Of a stretch of DNA of 64,000 nucleotides, positions 8,223-17,200 are shown one piece after another. Each line of letters starts with the position of its first letter. The stretch's first letter is position 1. Position numbers and translations under genes: made by a program. The notes below the pieces were generated by a model that did not search any database, was not told the DNA's origin, and saw only the letters and a list, made by a program, of their open reading frames with translations. Location: the IMG/VR virus record IMGVR_UViG_3300036398_003808; one strand, 5' to 3'. This stretch comes from an uncultured virus (IMG/VR IMGVR_UViG_3300036398_003808) (Duplodnaviria; Heunggongvirae; Uroviricota; Caudoviricetes).

Positions 8223-11200
8223 TCAGCCGAAACGGCTCGCCGCTTGTCCCGTCTGGCTCGGCGCAGCAGGAAGTGGCGTCGCGGCTGACCCAGCTGGGTC
8301 AGCAGGAAGTGGCGTCGCGGCTGACCCAGCTGGCGCTGCGGGTTTGTCGTAGCCGCCCATCCATTTTTTGGCGTAGTGACCAACCAGCGGCATCGCAGCA
8401 GCCATCAGATAGGTAGGCAGACCCGCGAAAGATTTCAGCGCCGGGAGGCGCTTACTGCCGAGCGCGCGAAGACTCTTGTATCCGCGACGACCAGCGTCCA
8501 GCTCACTCGCCAGTGTCGCACCACCGAAAGCAGTGCCTGCCAGCGCGATGTTGCGCCCAGTTGTCTCGTCCTTCGCAAACAGCCCTGCCTGTCCCAGTCC
8601 CAGCATTCCGCGCGCGCCGATTAAGTTGGCACGAAATAGCGCGCGCCCACCTTGTGCGTGCCCGAGCTCATGCGCCAGCGCACCCGGGCGCATCATTCGT
8701 TCGGACAGGCCAATTTGTGGTCTGCCGTTTGGTTCGTGGTAAAATGCCTCTGGCGCCGCTGGCTTAAAGAAATTCGCCGCGGAATAACGAGGCTGTTCGA
8801 CACGCCCCAGCCTGACTCCGCTGCTGACGGCTTGATTGGACAGACGATTAAAAATTTTCTGCTCCGCCCGTGTGTTCTCCGCTCCGTGAATCCACGGCGC
8901 TACGCGCGTCGCGTAGGCGAGGCTCGCCGCAGCCGCTGGCACCTGCACCATCGAACCGCCGAGTAATCCCCAACGCCAATCCAGTCCCTCGTTGTCCCCC
9001 TTCAGAAACTCGCCGACTGCCGCCGCCTTCACCATCTGCCCCGCAAACGGCTTCTTGTGGTCCCCGTCCTTCAGCCACTCCTTGAACTGCGCAAAGGTGC
9101 ACGTGCTCGCCGGCATCTCCGGCCATCCCCGCTGGTAGTTGCTGCGATACAACCGGACACCCTCGTCCTGGCTGTCGCACCCGAGTAAAAATTTCGACTC
9201 GTCGTATTTACCCCCGAGATGCTGATCGATCACGACCACCAGCTCGCTCGCCTTGTTGGGACCGACGAACACGTCGAGGTGATCCCCGTCGATGGCTTTC
9301 GGTCGCACGCGCTCGCCCGACTTCCCGCCGGCCGCGGAGCGAATGTATCCGTAGGGGCACGTCAGCACCGACTCCCATTTTTTACCTTCCTTGGTGGTGC
9401 CACGGCGAATGCTGCCTTTCTCGTTCTCGATCGTGATGTCGATACCATGGAAGTCCACGTGGCCCATCTTGAAATTTTGAGACTCGATTTGAGCCTGGCT
9501 GGGATTCGGGCGCGCGTGGTCGATCCGACGATACCGGGCCAGCTTCTCGAACGGTGTGATTGCGGCGATGGCCGCAGACTTGAGCATACTCCCCGGACGT
9601 TGAAATGGCACCGCATAATTCGCCGCCGCATGTGCCCGCGCAGACAATACGCGACCAAGCAACCCGTTCGACATGCCAGGATACTGCTGCCGCAGAAAGT
9701 CACGCGTCGCCGTCAATCCTTCGCGATCTTTTTCCAGCATGTAGGCAATCGGTAACCTCTTAGCCTGCATACCGCCGAGCGAAGCAGGCAACCCCGTAGC
9801 TCTCAGATGTCCAACCAGTTCTCCAGGGACTTCATCCAACGAGCCAATTACCGGGCCCATAGTAGGACTCAACATGGCCGACAGGCGCCGGCGAAGATAG
9901 TTTGAAAACTGCGGCTCCAGATTTTCTTTTTGATGCCCCAGCTCGTGCGCGAGAACTCCCATGATTCCAGGTCTCGCCGGCGCTCCAGGGTCTATGGCTC
10001 CTCCGCTTACGACCACGCGGGCGCGGGGTCCGGCGACCCTGTAAGACACCCGACCGCGATGGATGCGCCGCGGTCCAAGTCCTTCAAAATAAGAATGCGC
10101 AGAGTCGAAATTGCCGCGGCTTGCCCACCCTCCACTCTGGTCGTATTTCCGGGACGCCAGCAGCTTGATCTTCGGCGGTAAAAGCTGCACATCTCGCAGA
10201 TCTTTTGTCGACTTGTTTGCTACGCGCAGCAGAGGATGTGGCGGCGTTCCTTGCAGCTTAAACCGAAGCTCTTGCAAGGGCGCGACGCCTGCCGTCTCCT
10301 GCAGCTTAAACAACTGCGCAGGAGAAATTCCGATTCCTGGTTCGTATTTCCGCGCCCCATTGTAAAGTCTCCACAGTCCCGGCGCTTGCGGACTGAACGC
10401 ATCCTGCATCACTGGGGACAGATTCTGATGCACAGCCGCACGCAGGTTGTGCGAAGTCTGCACAACCGAAGGCAGAGCAAGTTCGGGCATTCCGAGTCTT
10501 TGTAGCGAGTCCTTGCCGAGCTTTCCGGCGCGCAGCAGATCAGTCAGACGGTTGGCCGACTTCGTCCTCGGCGGTCCGTAACGCTCGCAGACCTCGCACA
10601 TCTCGACGTCTGGTAACGGCTCGCCCTTGGGCAATTCATTGCCGCATCCTGGGCATTTGGCTGCTGCGCTTTTGGTCCTCACCGAATCGGCGATGTCGTC
10701 TGCCCATTTATCCACGGTATCGTAGCGGGCGTCGAATCCTGGTAGAGCCGCAATCTCACTGTCGAGGCTGGCGGCGGACTTCTCCTGTGTCAGTTTGTCC
10801 GCCGTTCGCTTCCCCGTGCGGACGGCATCCAGTCCTGCCAGGCCGGCGACGCCCAGGGCTCCGAGGCCGAATGCTGCTCTGAATGCGCCGTTGGCCTTCA
10901 AATTCTTCAGTATCTCAGGACTGCGACCGCGGATCAGCGCCCACAAACTGGGTGTGCCTTTGTAAACACGACGACTGGGAATCGTCCAATCCACGGAAAA
11001 ATTATGTATGTCCGGTTTGTTCCAGGCTCCAGGCCGTGACGTTATTACATCCGGGACTGCGCGCCGTAACTCGTCGGGTGTCAGCGTAGTTGACAAAACG
11101 ACACCTTGACTTCCGGGAGTAGCATGAGCCGCTGATTCTGCGTAGCTCTTCGCCTCTGTCTTCCCCCCAAAAAATCCTTTTGAGAGAAATGTCTTCGGTG

Positions 11201-11996
11201 TTGATAGGTTTTGCTTAATCTTTTCCAGTCTCGTCAGCTCTTCCGCCACGTCGCGCTGAATAAGGTTTTCAGGGACGCCGTTTCTCTTTGAGGCATCCTG
11301 AAGCCTGCCGATTTCTTCAGCCTTCAAAGCGACCCACTTGTCTACGTTGTTGTGCGGCTTTAGACCGTCCCGTATGATGCCAGGCAGATGTTCGGTCGAC
11401 GTGCCGTGATACATCTCCGATGGATTCAACAGTGTGCGCGCCGCGCCCTTCAAAGCCTTGTAGCCGACGAACGAGTCTGCGCCGATGCGCAGCGGATTGA
11501 CGACGCCCTCAGATACGGAGAGACCATCGTGTTCCGCAGCGGACTGCTTCTCCATAGACGCTATTTTTTCCGCAAGCGTCGCCGCGCCGCGCACAGCTGC
11601 GGTTCCCAGTGTTCCGACCGCCTGGCGGACATCTGGGTTGAGCAAGCCGCGCATCATGTCCGTTACAAACTGCCGGCGGTCCACGGGTCTATTGCTCATG
11701 CCTTTGACCGCCGCCTCGCGGGAACGCATCTGCAGCAGACGCAGCGGGTCGTGCGCCTTCGCTGCGTGATCGACTTTGGACGCCACGCCCATCACGCCAA
11801 GGGCCGGCGCGAGCACTGGGGCGGCCACTGCCTTGCCAATATTTTCAACGGCGCTTCGGCGCCCCATCGCGACAGGATTGGTTAGGGCATGCTCGACTTT
11901 GCCCAGGCCGACGCCGCGCAGAGAGCGCATAGTGCGCAGAAGATCGCCCACCGCCAAAAATACGTTGGCCGACTTGGTATGCGCCGTTTTGTTCAC
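8223..11996 (-). CDS. Large modular (polyvalent-type) protein: ART-like, Zn-ribbon, two HELGH zincin-like and inorganic-pyrophosphatase-like modules
   Basis: MYHGTS..I..DGLKP; CPGC..CEVC; HELGH twice; IENEKGSIRRG..YGYI..DGDHLDVFVG..DQ..DESK; GTG start at 11996 overlaps the upstream TGA. Confidence 0.8.
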   Translation of the reverse strand: MNKTAHTKSANVFLAVGDLLRTMRSLRGVGLGKVEHALTNPVAMGRRSAVENIGKAVAAPVLAPALGVMGVASKVDHAAKAHDPLRLLQMRSREAAVKGMSNRPVDRRQFVTDMMRGLLNPDVRQAVGTLGTAAVRGAATLAEKIASMEKQSAAEHDGLSVSEGVVNPLRIGADSFVGYKALKGAARTLLNPSEMYHGTSTEHLPGIIRDGLKPHNNVDKWVALKAEEIGRLQDASKRNGVPENLIQRDVAEELTRLEKIKQNLSTPKTFLSKGFFGGKTEAKSYAESAAHATPGSQGVVLSTTLTPDELRRAVPDVITSRPGAWNKPDIHNFSVDWTIPSRRVYKGTPSLWALIRGRSPEILKNLKANGAFRAAFGLGALGVAGLAGLDAVRTGKRTADKLTQEKSAASLDSEIAALPGFDARYDTVDKWADDIADSVRTKSAAAKCPGCGNELPKGEPLPDVEMCEVCERYGPPRTKSANRLTDLLRAGKLGKDSLQRLGMPELALPSVVQTSHNLRAAVHQNLSPVMQDAFSPQAPGLWRLYNGARKYEPGIGISPAQLFKLQETAGVAPLQELRFKLQGTPPHPLLRVANKSTKDLRDVQLLPPKIKLLASRKYDQSGGWASRGNFDSAHSYFEGLGPRRIHRGRVSYRVAGPRARVVVSGGAIDPGAPARPGIMGVLAHELGHQKENLEPQFSNYLRRRLSAMLSPTMGPVIGSLDEVPGELVGHLRATGLPASLGGMQAKRLPIAYMLEKDREGLTATRDFLRQQYPGMSNGLLGRVLSARAHAAANYAVPFQRPGSMLKSAAIAAITPFEKLARYRRIDHARPNPSQAQIESQNFKMGHVDFHGIDITIENEKGSIRRGTTKEGKKWESVLTCPYGYIRSAAGGKSGERVRPKAIDGDHLDVFVGPNKASELVVVIDQHLGGKYDESKFLLGCDSQDEGVRLYRSNYQRGWPEMPASTCTFAQFKEWLKDGDHKKPFAGQMVKAAAVGEFLKGDNEGLDWRWGLLGGSMVQVPAAAASLAYATRVAPWIHGAENTRAEQKIFNRLSNQAVSSGVRLGRVEQPRYSAANFFKPAAPEAFYHEPNGRPQIGLSERMMRPGALAHELGHAQGGRALFRANLIGARGMLGLGQAGLFAKDETTGRNIALAGTAFGGATLASELDAGRRGYKSLRALGSKRLPALKSFAGLPTYLMAAAMPLVGHYAKKWMGGYDKPAAPAGSAATPLPADPAGSAATPLPAAPSQTGQAASRFG
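8267..8333. repeat. 33-bp tandem duplication (PAGSAATPLPA x2)
   Basis: gcaggaagtggcgtcgcggctgacccagctgg occurs twice in tandem at the 3' end of the gene. Confidence 0.85.
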
Positions 11997-13915
11997 AGTC
12001 CGTAAAAACGATTCAGGACTTCTTGTGCAGCCTCCAGGTGCGACGGCAGCGCATTCTTCGACCATTTTCCATGTCCAGCCGCGACGGCGCGAGTGTGTGC
12101 AAGATTCTCACGGATCAGATTGCCCTGCGCGTCCACCATGTTCACATGTTTTCCTAGCCACGACGCATCGTTCGAGGCGCCTGGAATCGCCGGAGCGACC
12201 GGCAACCGGGCGGCAAGACGCGGGTCGGACGCGTGCAGGCGTCTGACAGCCGTCGCTGCGTTGGCTGGTGCGTGCACCTTACTGAACGGCACCCAGCGAC
12301 CCGCTGATTCGGCGCCGCTGCCAGTGCCGCTGGACACATACATCGGCTGCTTCATGACATCCACGTTGGCTTTGTCGTATATCGCTTTGCCGCTCGGGTC
12401 ATACCCGGTGCGGTAGCGCTGCCGCATTACCATCGGGGACATCTGACGCCCGCCAGCGGTTCCCACGTCGTCGACCCCAGCTTGAAAGTAATCGACCAAA
12501 CCGACGCCGTGCTGCTTGGCACCGGGCAGCCTGGCTTCGGCAGACCCCATGTAGCGCAGGTTCGGATTGCGACGCGTGACGTCATCCACGCTGTTGATCA
12601 TCCCAAGCCCTCGGCGCCCGATGAGGCGGCTGTTCGTCGCAAGCGCATCCTCGACGGCGCCTACGAACTGGTTTGGGATACCGTGGTTCTTGGGAAGTCT
12701 GGATGTCGCGCGCGCCAAACCAGCCCCGGCAGCTCGCAGGCCACTGCCTGCAGCCCGCAGAAGGGCGGTCGCGGACTTCTCCATCGGCGCCGCGATTCCG
12801 CCGAGCCGTTCGATCGTGCTGCCGGACTTGAACATCAACGCGGGATCCGGTCCGAGGATACGATCGGCACGGCGCGACATCAGTTCCCGGAGAGCCTCCG
12901 GGTTCTCAGCATGCATGCGCATCATGCGAGGATTCCGCCTGATCGAGTCCGTCCACGGCGTCGTGTTCAGTCCCGATACCTGCTCGAACTGTGTTGCAGC
13001 CGGACCGCCCTGCGTCCACCGCACCGACTGAGCTGTCTGGTTCCTGTAGTTCTGCGCGGCGCGTGAGGCGCGACCGGCAGGGAAGTATCCGTGCTGCTTG
13101 GACAGCCAAAGCGGTTCACGATCGAAGCCGGACGCACGCAACTCGGTACCGAGAAACGGATTGTGCCGCGGCATGACAGTCGTCTCCGCATTACCGAGCA
13201 TCTGCGAGTAGTTTTGACTGGCGTTGCGCGCGCGGTTGCGGGCAGTCCCTGTGACCGCTTCCTCGGGACCCCAGGGTCTCCAGACCTTCTGTCCTGGCGC
13301 CGACCCGTAGTGGTGGATCGCCTCCATCGTGTTGGCGGAATACAGCGGCGACCGCGCTAACCGCTTCTCGGGCTCCAGAAACGGCGTGTGCAGCCGCCCA
13401 TACAAGCTCGCTGTTGCTTTGTCAGGCGCTGCGTAATGGAACGCGCCGCCAAAAGATCCACCTCCCCAGGGGTCGCCGCCGACGGTGCCGCGAAAGAGTC
13501 GCCCATCCGCTGCAGGCACCGGCTGCCCGTGGCGCCGGAACAGCTTTTCGTGTGTGGACGGCACGTGCATACGGTCGAGCTCTGCCAGCCAGGCACTGTC
13601 GCCCTGTGCCTTGAACGGAGCGAGGCGAGTCTGCTTCGCGTCTGCTGCGATGTTGGCCACCCGCCTACTGATCAAATCCCGGCCCGGCTCGCGCAGCGTG
13701 GTACCCACGGCTTGCTTGAGCGCGGACAGATTCGTCCAATGCGGCTTAGCTTCAATTCCCATGCGTCCGAGAAGCTCAGGCAAATGACTCAGCATCCGCC
13801 ATTTCTTCTGCGCCTCCTTCTCCATCTCAGGCGACGCACCGAACACCCGCAAATCTCGCGGCATCGCCTGCGCGAGCGCTGTGCTGTAAGCGTGTGAGTT
13901 TCGTGTCAGTCCCAT
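11993..13915 (-). CDS. Modular putative virion protein with possible ART-like module
   Basis: RLFRG..FHYAAPDKATASLYG pattern; EKEA and EKSA boundaries; start 13915 or 13864. Confidence 0.65.
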   Translation of the reverse strand: MGLTRNSHAYSTALAQAMPRDLRVFGASPEMEKEAQKKWRMLSHLPELLGRMGIEAKPHWTNLSALKQAVGTTLREPGRDLISRRVANIAADAKQTRLAPFKAQGDSAWLAELDRMHVPSTHEKLFRRHGQPVPAADGRLFRGTVGGDPWGGGSFGGAFHYAAPDKATASLYGRLHTPFLEPEKRLARSPLYSANTMEAIHHYGSAPGQKVWRPWGPEEAVTGTARNRARNASQNYSQMLGNAETTVMPRHNPFLGTELRASGFDREPLWLSKQHGYFPAGRASRAAQNYRNQTAQSVRWTQGGPAATQFEQVSGLNTTPWTDSIRRNPRMMRMHAENPEALRELMSRRADRILGPDPALMFKSGSTIERLGGIAAPMEKSATALLRAAGSGLRAAGAGLARATSRLPKNHGIPNQFVGAVEDALATNSRLIGRRGLGMINSVDDVTRRNPNLRYMGSAEARLPGAKQHGVGLVDYFQAGVDDVGTAGGRQMSPMVMRQRYRTGYDPSGKAIYDKANVDVMKQPMYVSSGTGSGAESAGRWVPFSKVHAPANAATAVRRLHASDPRLAARLPVAPAIPGASNDASWLGKHVNMVDAQGNLIRENLAHTRAVAAGHGKWSKNALPSHLEAAQEVLNRFYGL

Positions 13916-14004
13916 TTGCCGAACGTGTAACAGACAATGCCGATGATTGCCACACCTGAAACACACGCAATGATCAGGCACGCCGCTTGCACGCTCGCGA
14001 TCAT
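13906..14004 (-). CDS. Small single-pass membrane peptide (32 aa)
   Basis: MIASVQAACLIIACVSGVAIIGIVCYTFGKWD begins 7 nt after the stop of 14012..14356; below ORF-track cutoff. Confidence 0.45.
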   Translation of the reverse strand: MIASVQAACLIIACVSGVAIIGIVCYTFGKWD

Positions 14005-14011
14005 GAGTGGT

Positions 14012-14356
14012 TTATTTGGGGGCGGGGGTTGGGGCGGCGGGCGGCAACGTCATCGCGTCGCGCCATTTCTTCAGTGCCTCCATGTCCAGCCAGAGCTTCC
14101 CGTAATCCGCGTCGAGCCGCACCAGCGCTGTCCGACTCTCCTTCATCAGGTTGACCATGCCGGGCTCCTTGTCAGTGCCGAGCAGCATCTCCTTGAACTG
14201 CCGGTGCTCATTCTGCCAGTCGCGCTTCGCCACGGCATTGTCGATGGTCCAATTCCAGGTCTTGTATCCGATGACCACGGCGGCCGCAATGGTCGAGACC
14301 ACCTTGAAGGTTTTGTCGGTGACGGTGAAGCGGAATTGCGACGTCTCCTCGGGCAT
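14012..14356 (-). CDS. Membrane-anchored coiled-coil protein (lysis region)
   Basis: One hydrophobic helix then helical C-terminus; directly downstream of the amidase. Confidence 0.7.
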   Translation of the reverse strand: MPEETSQFRFTVTDKTFKVVSTIAAAVVIGYKTWNWTIDNAVAKRDWQNEHRQFKEMLLGTDKEPGMVNLMKESRTALVRLDADYGKLWLDMEALKKWRDAMTLPPAAPTPAPK

Positions 14357-14362
14357 TTGGAT

Positions 14363-15295
14363 TTACAACGGTGAGCGGTGGACGGCGGGCATGCCGACAA
14401 ATCCACACGCCTCACGGATGGCGAGCAGATGCTCCTCAAATGCCGGACCAGGGTCGTTCTTGCGCTGTGTGATTCGGTCGTGGCCGGTCACGTCATGCAG
14501 TTCGTAGCGGGCGACCAGCAGCTTGCTGAGCGCCAGCACCGAGGCGATCTGTGCCGGGTAGAAAATCTCCCACTCATCTCCGCCGTTTTGTTTTCCCGAC
14601 CAGTGCGGTGCGAGCACGGTGGCGAATCCGGGGACGTTTTTGCGTCCCCATCCGAACGCGCCTTTCGAGTCGCCCAAGTTCGCAATCTCAATTCCGATGG
14701 CTTCGTCGTTTCCGCCTTTACCATTGGCGGAACTGTAAAGTATGCCGGTTGCGGGATCGACCCACTGGCTCCTGCCTGCGTGAAATGCTTTTTGATTGCA
14801 GGGAACGTGCTGCACGATTGTTCCGTCCCGATCGATCGTGAAGTGCGCCGAGACGCCTCGCGCCTTCATAACGTCCACAGCACCGTCAACGTCCTTGATG
14901 CAGTCGCCGTTCAGATCCCCGTCCCCATCCGCACCTCCGGTGAAGTGCTCGACAAGGTAGCGCGGCTTGAGAGGGCCTCCACTGGAAAGCGGCTGCCGCC
15001 ACACACCAACGAGCCAGTGATCCGACCCCATGTTCAGCCCACCGGGAATCAGGACGTCGATCTTGGGGGCTTCCTTCCCTGCAATTGCAGCCTGAAGGCG
15101 ACCCTCGGACTTCACGCCCCAGCGTCCGTCCACATCGTCACCCTCGAATCCGAGGACGGCCTGCACGAGCTTGATTGTCGCCCCGTCCGCCTGGGTGAGG
15201 GCCGTGCGTGACTTCCGTCCGAAGTCGTTGTCGATTTTGAATGCGTAAAAACCCGCGTCCTTCAGGGTCTGTTGGATGCGTTCGATCTTGGTCAT
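14363..15295 (-). CDS. Endolysin, N-acetylmuramoyl-L-alanine amidase (Amidase_2/AmpD-like) with N-terminal peptidoglycan-binding repeats
   Basis: VEHFTG, SAHFTIDRDGTIVQHV, AFHAG, IGIEIAN, GHD..RKNDPG; N-terminal IDNDFG and VDGRWG PG-binding motifs. Confidence 0.92.
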   Translation of the reverse strand: MTKIERIQQTLKDAGFYAFKIDNDFGRKSRTALTQADGATIKLVQAVLGFEGDDVDGRWGVKSEGRLQAAIAGKEAPKIDVLIPGGLNMGSDHWLVGVWRQPLSSGGPLKPRYLVEHFTGGADGDGDLNGDCIKDVDGAVDVMKARGVSAHFTIDRDGTIVQHVPCNQKAFHAGRSQWVDPATGILYSSANGKGGNDEAIGIEIANLGDSKGAFGWGRKNVPGFATVLAPHWSGKQNGGDEWEIFYPAQIASVLALSKLLVARYELHDVTGHDRITQRKNDPGPAFEEHLLAIREACGFVGMPAVHRSPL

Positions 15296-15507
15296 GATTT
15301 TTTTTCGGTGACTTTTTGAGCGACCTTTCCGCCGAGCATCAGGCCGGAGAAGGTGAGCAGGCTGTTTGGAATCTCAGGCAGGCCCGGCTGCGCGAGGCAG
15401 ACGATCAACCAGGCAAAGATCAGTGCGGCGAACCACAGGACCATGCAGAAGCGCATGGCTGAGACGGCGCCGTCCTCGGACAGCATTGAGAGGATGAATT
15501 TTTTCAT
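15292..15507 (-). CDS. Putative holin (two hydrophobic segments)
   Basis: MKKFILSMLSEDGAVSAMRF, 71 aa, basic C-terminus, overlaps the amidase start. Confidence 0.65.
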   Translation of the reverse strand: MKKFILSMLSEDGAVSAMRFCMVLWFAALIFAWLIVCLAQPGLPEIPNSLLTFSGLMLGGKVAQKVTEKKS

Positions 15508-15509
15508 AA

Positions 15510-16034
15510 TTAGATGAGTCGGGTGATGATATAAAAAAGTCCGCTCGATGCCGCCACGCCGGCGGCCAGGCAGATTGCAATGCGCACCGCCCACAGCATC
15601 CACGATGGCTTGTCCTTGGTGATGTTCTTGGTGGTGAGGAAGGCGCCGAGGAATGCCAGCCCAAACAGGACGGTGAGGACTGTGTTGCCGAAGACCTTCC
15701 AATTGCGCAATTGCTTCTCCAGCTTCTCATTCAAATCCTGCATCACCTTGAAATTCTCCGCGGCAATTACGGCAGCGTCGCCGGCCGCCTTCAATTGCGC
15801 AGCGAGGAGACCTGACTTCCCTTGCAGGCTCAGGATCGTCCCGGCCTGGTCGATGATCGTCGCATTCAATGCTTCCCGGCCCGCGCTGATTGCCTCCGTC
15901 ACCTGCTGGAGCTGCTCGAACTGCTCGATGGGCACCATGATGAACCGCGGCTTGGGCGGCTCGTCCTGGCAGTAGGCAGCCTGCAGGAGCCCCCATGCGA
16001 GGATGGGCCAGAGGAATGCGCGAACGGAGTTCAT
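15510..16034 (-). CDS. Signal peptide + coiled coil + two C-terminal TM helices (spanin-like lysis protein)
   Basis: Hydrophobicity pattern and location in lysis cassette. Confidence 0.55.
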   Translation of the reverse strand: MNSVRAFLWPILAWGLLQAAYCQDEPPKPRFIMVPIEQFEQLQQVTEAISAGREALNATIIDQAGTILSLQGKSGLLAAQLKAAGDAAVIAAENFKVMQDLNEKLEKQLRNWKVFGNTVLTVLFGLAFLGAFLTTKNITKDKPSWMLWAVRIAICLAAGVAASSGLFYIITRLI

Positions 16035-16288
16035 TTGGATTTGGGGCGCAGGCTGTTCAGGATGGACTGCAGAATATCGATGTCGTCGCCCAGCTTGTCG
16101 GAGCTGGCTTTGAGTTTCGCATTGCTGCGCTCAAGGGTGCCGCCGATTCTCAGGATCTCCTTGCCGCTGCCTCGGGCCTCGCCGATGTGCTGGCCTGTCG
16201 CGGTGATAGCGCGGTTGGAGCCCACGGGCGCCGTGGCGCAGCCGGCGAACGCCAGGCCAACCAACATGGAGAGAAGGCGCAGTTGCAT
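16031..16288 (-). CDS. Small lipoprotein (o-spanin-like)
   Basis: Lipobox LAFAG-C followed by a helical region. Confidence 0.65.
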   Translation of the reverse strand: MQLRLLSMLVGLAFAGCATAPVGSNRAITATGQHIGEARGSGKEILRIGGTLERSNAKLKASSDKLGDDIDILQSILNSLRPKSK

Positions 16289-16354
16289 TGGGTGACGCTG
16301 CCGTATTATCGGAGGACTGTCCAGCCTGGAATTGCCTTGCCGCCGCTCAGGGTT

Positions 16355-16678
16355 TCACCGCTTCACCGCACGTTGCAGCTCCTTCAGATCCTCCTGCTGC
16401 GCCTGGGTCAACGTGCGCAATGCCGAGATGGCCTTATCGTTTTCACGGTCGACTTTCTCAATCCGGGAGTGCAGTTCGATTTGCACCCTTTTCGCTTCGA
16501 TGAAATCGTGCTGCAACCGGGAGACTCGTTCCCCCGTGACTGCATTCCCGGCCCAGAACGACAGGAACCCGGAGAGGATGCCGACGGCGATGCCGAGATA
16601 CGCAACGGTTTCTTTTTTGCCGTTGGCGTTCGTCCGCATCTCCCGCAGGAGCTGGAGGATTTCTTCATTTCCGGGCAT
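16355..16678 (-). CDS. Single-TM coiled-coil protein
   Basis: VAYLGIAVGILSGFLSFWA helix plus heptad-like C-terminus. Confidence 0.7.
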   Translation of the reverse strand: MPGNEEILQLLREMRTNANGKKETVAYLGIAVGILSGFLSFWAGNAVTGERVSRLQHDFIEAKRVQIELHSRIEKVDRENDKAISALRTLTQAQQEDLKELQRAVKR

Positions 16679-17195
16679 ATTGTCTAGGCAAGCAGGCTTT
16701 CAGCATGACGATGCACTCCGTTCGATCACCCTCGACGAACTTGCGTTCCATGCTCTGCGAGAATCGGATCACGTTTTCCTTTGTGCGGGAGTAAGGCATT
16801 CGCTCGTTCCAGCCGAGCATCGCGACGGGTTCTCCGTCACGGTAGAGCCACCAGCCCTTTGCTTTGATCAAAATCATCGCGCCGGTCGTCTGATCCTTCG
16901 CGCAGAACGTGTCGTGGAACACGGCGCGCAACTCCTTCGATTTGTCCATTGATCTACGCACCGTCACACGGTCATCGTCCGCCCACAGCATCGCGTCGAA
17001 GCCCTCGTAGGTCGTGGGGTATTTTCCAGCAGGCAGTCCATACACCCGACAGATCGCCGTGTTGCCGTAGAGTTCGCCGGTCTCCAAATCCCACCACCAG
17101 TAGCCGCGCCCAATGGCGTAACCCCACGCGATTTTCAGTCGCATGAGCCATCGCCTCCACCAAGGCCAAGGTAGGAGTTTGGCGGGTGTGAGCAT
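16665..17195 (-). CDS. Stand-alone PAS-domain protein
   Basis: GYWWWDLETGELYG..CRVYGL..YEGF..DDRVTV..IKAKG..YRDGEPVAMLG matches the PAS_3/PAC pattern. Confidence 0.7.
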   Translation of the reverse strand: MLTPAKLLPWPWWRRWLMRLKIAWGYAIGRGYWWWDLETGELYGNTAICRVYGLPAGKYPTTYEGFDAMLWADDDRVTVRRSMDKSKELRAVFHDTFCAKDQTTGAMILIKAKGWWLYRDGEPVAMLGWNERMPYSRTKENVIRFSQSMERKFVEGDRTECIVMLKACLPRQYARK

Positions 17196-17200
17196 GGGAA

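Noticed and set aside
16305..16336. GCAATTC plus GATAAT as a third copy of the bipartite motif
   Set aside because: Spacing differs and the GTCATAA block is absent
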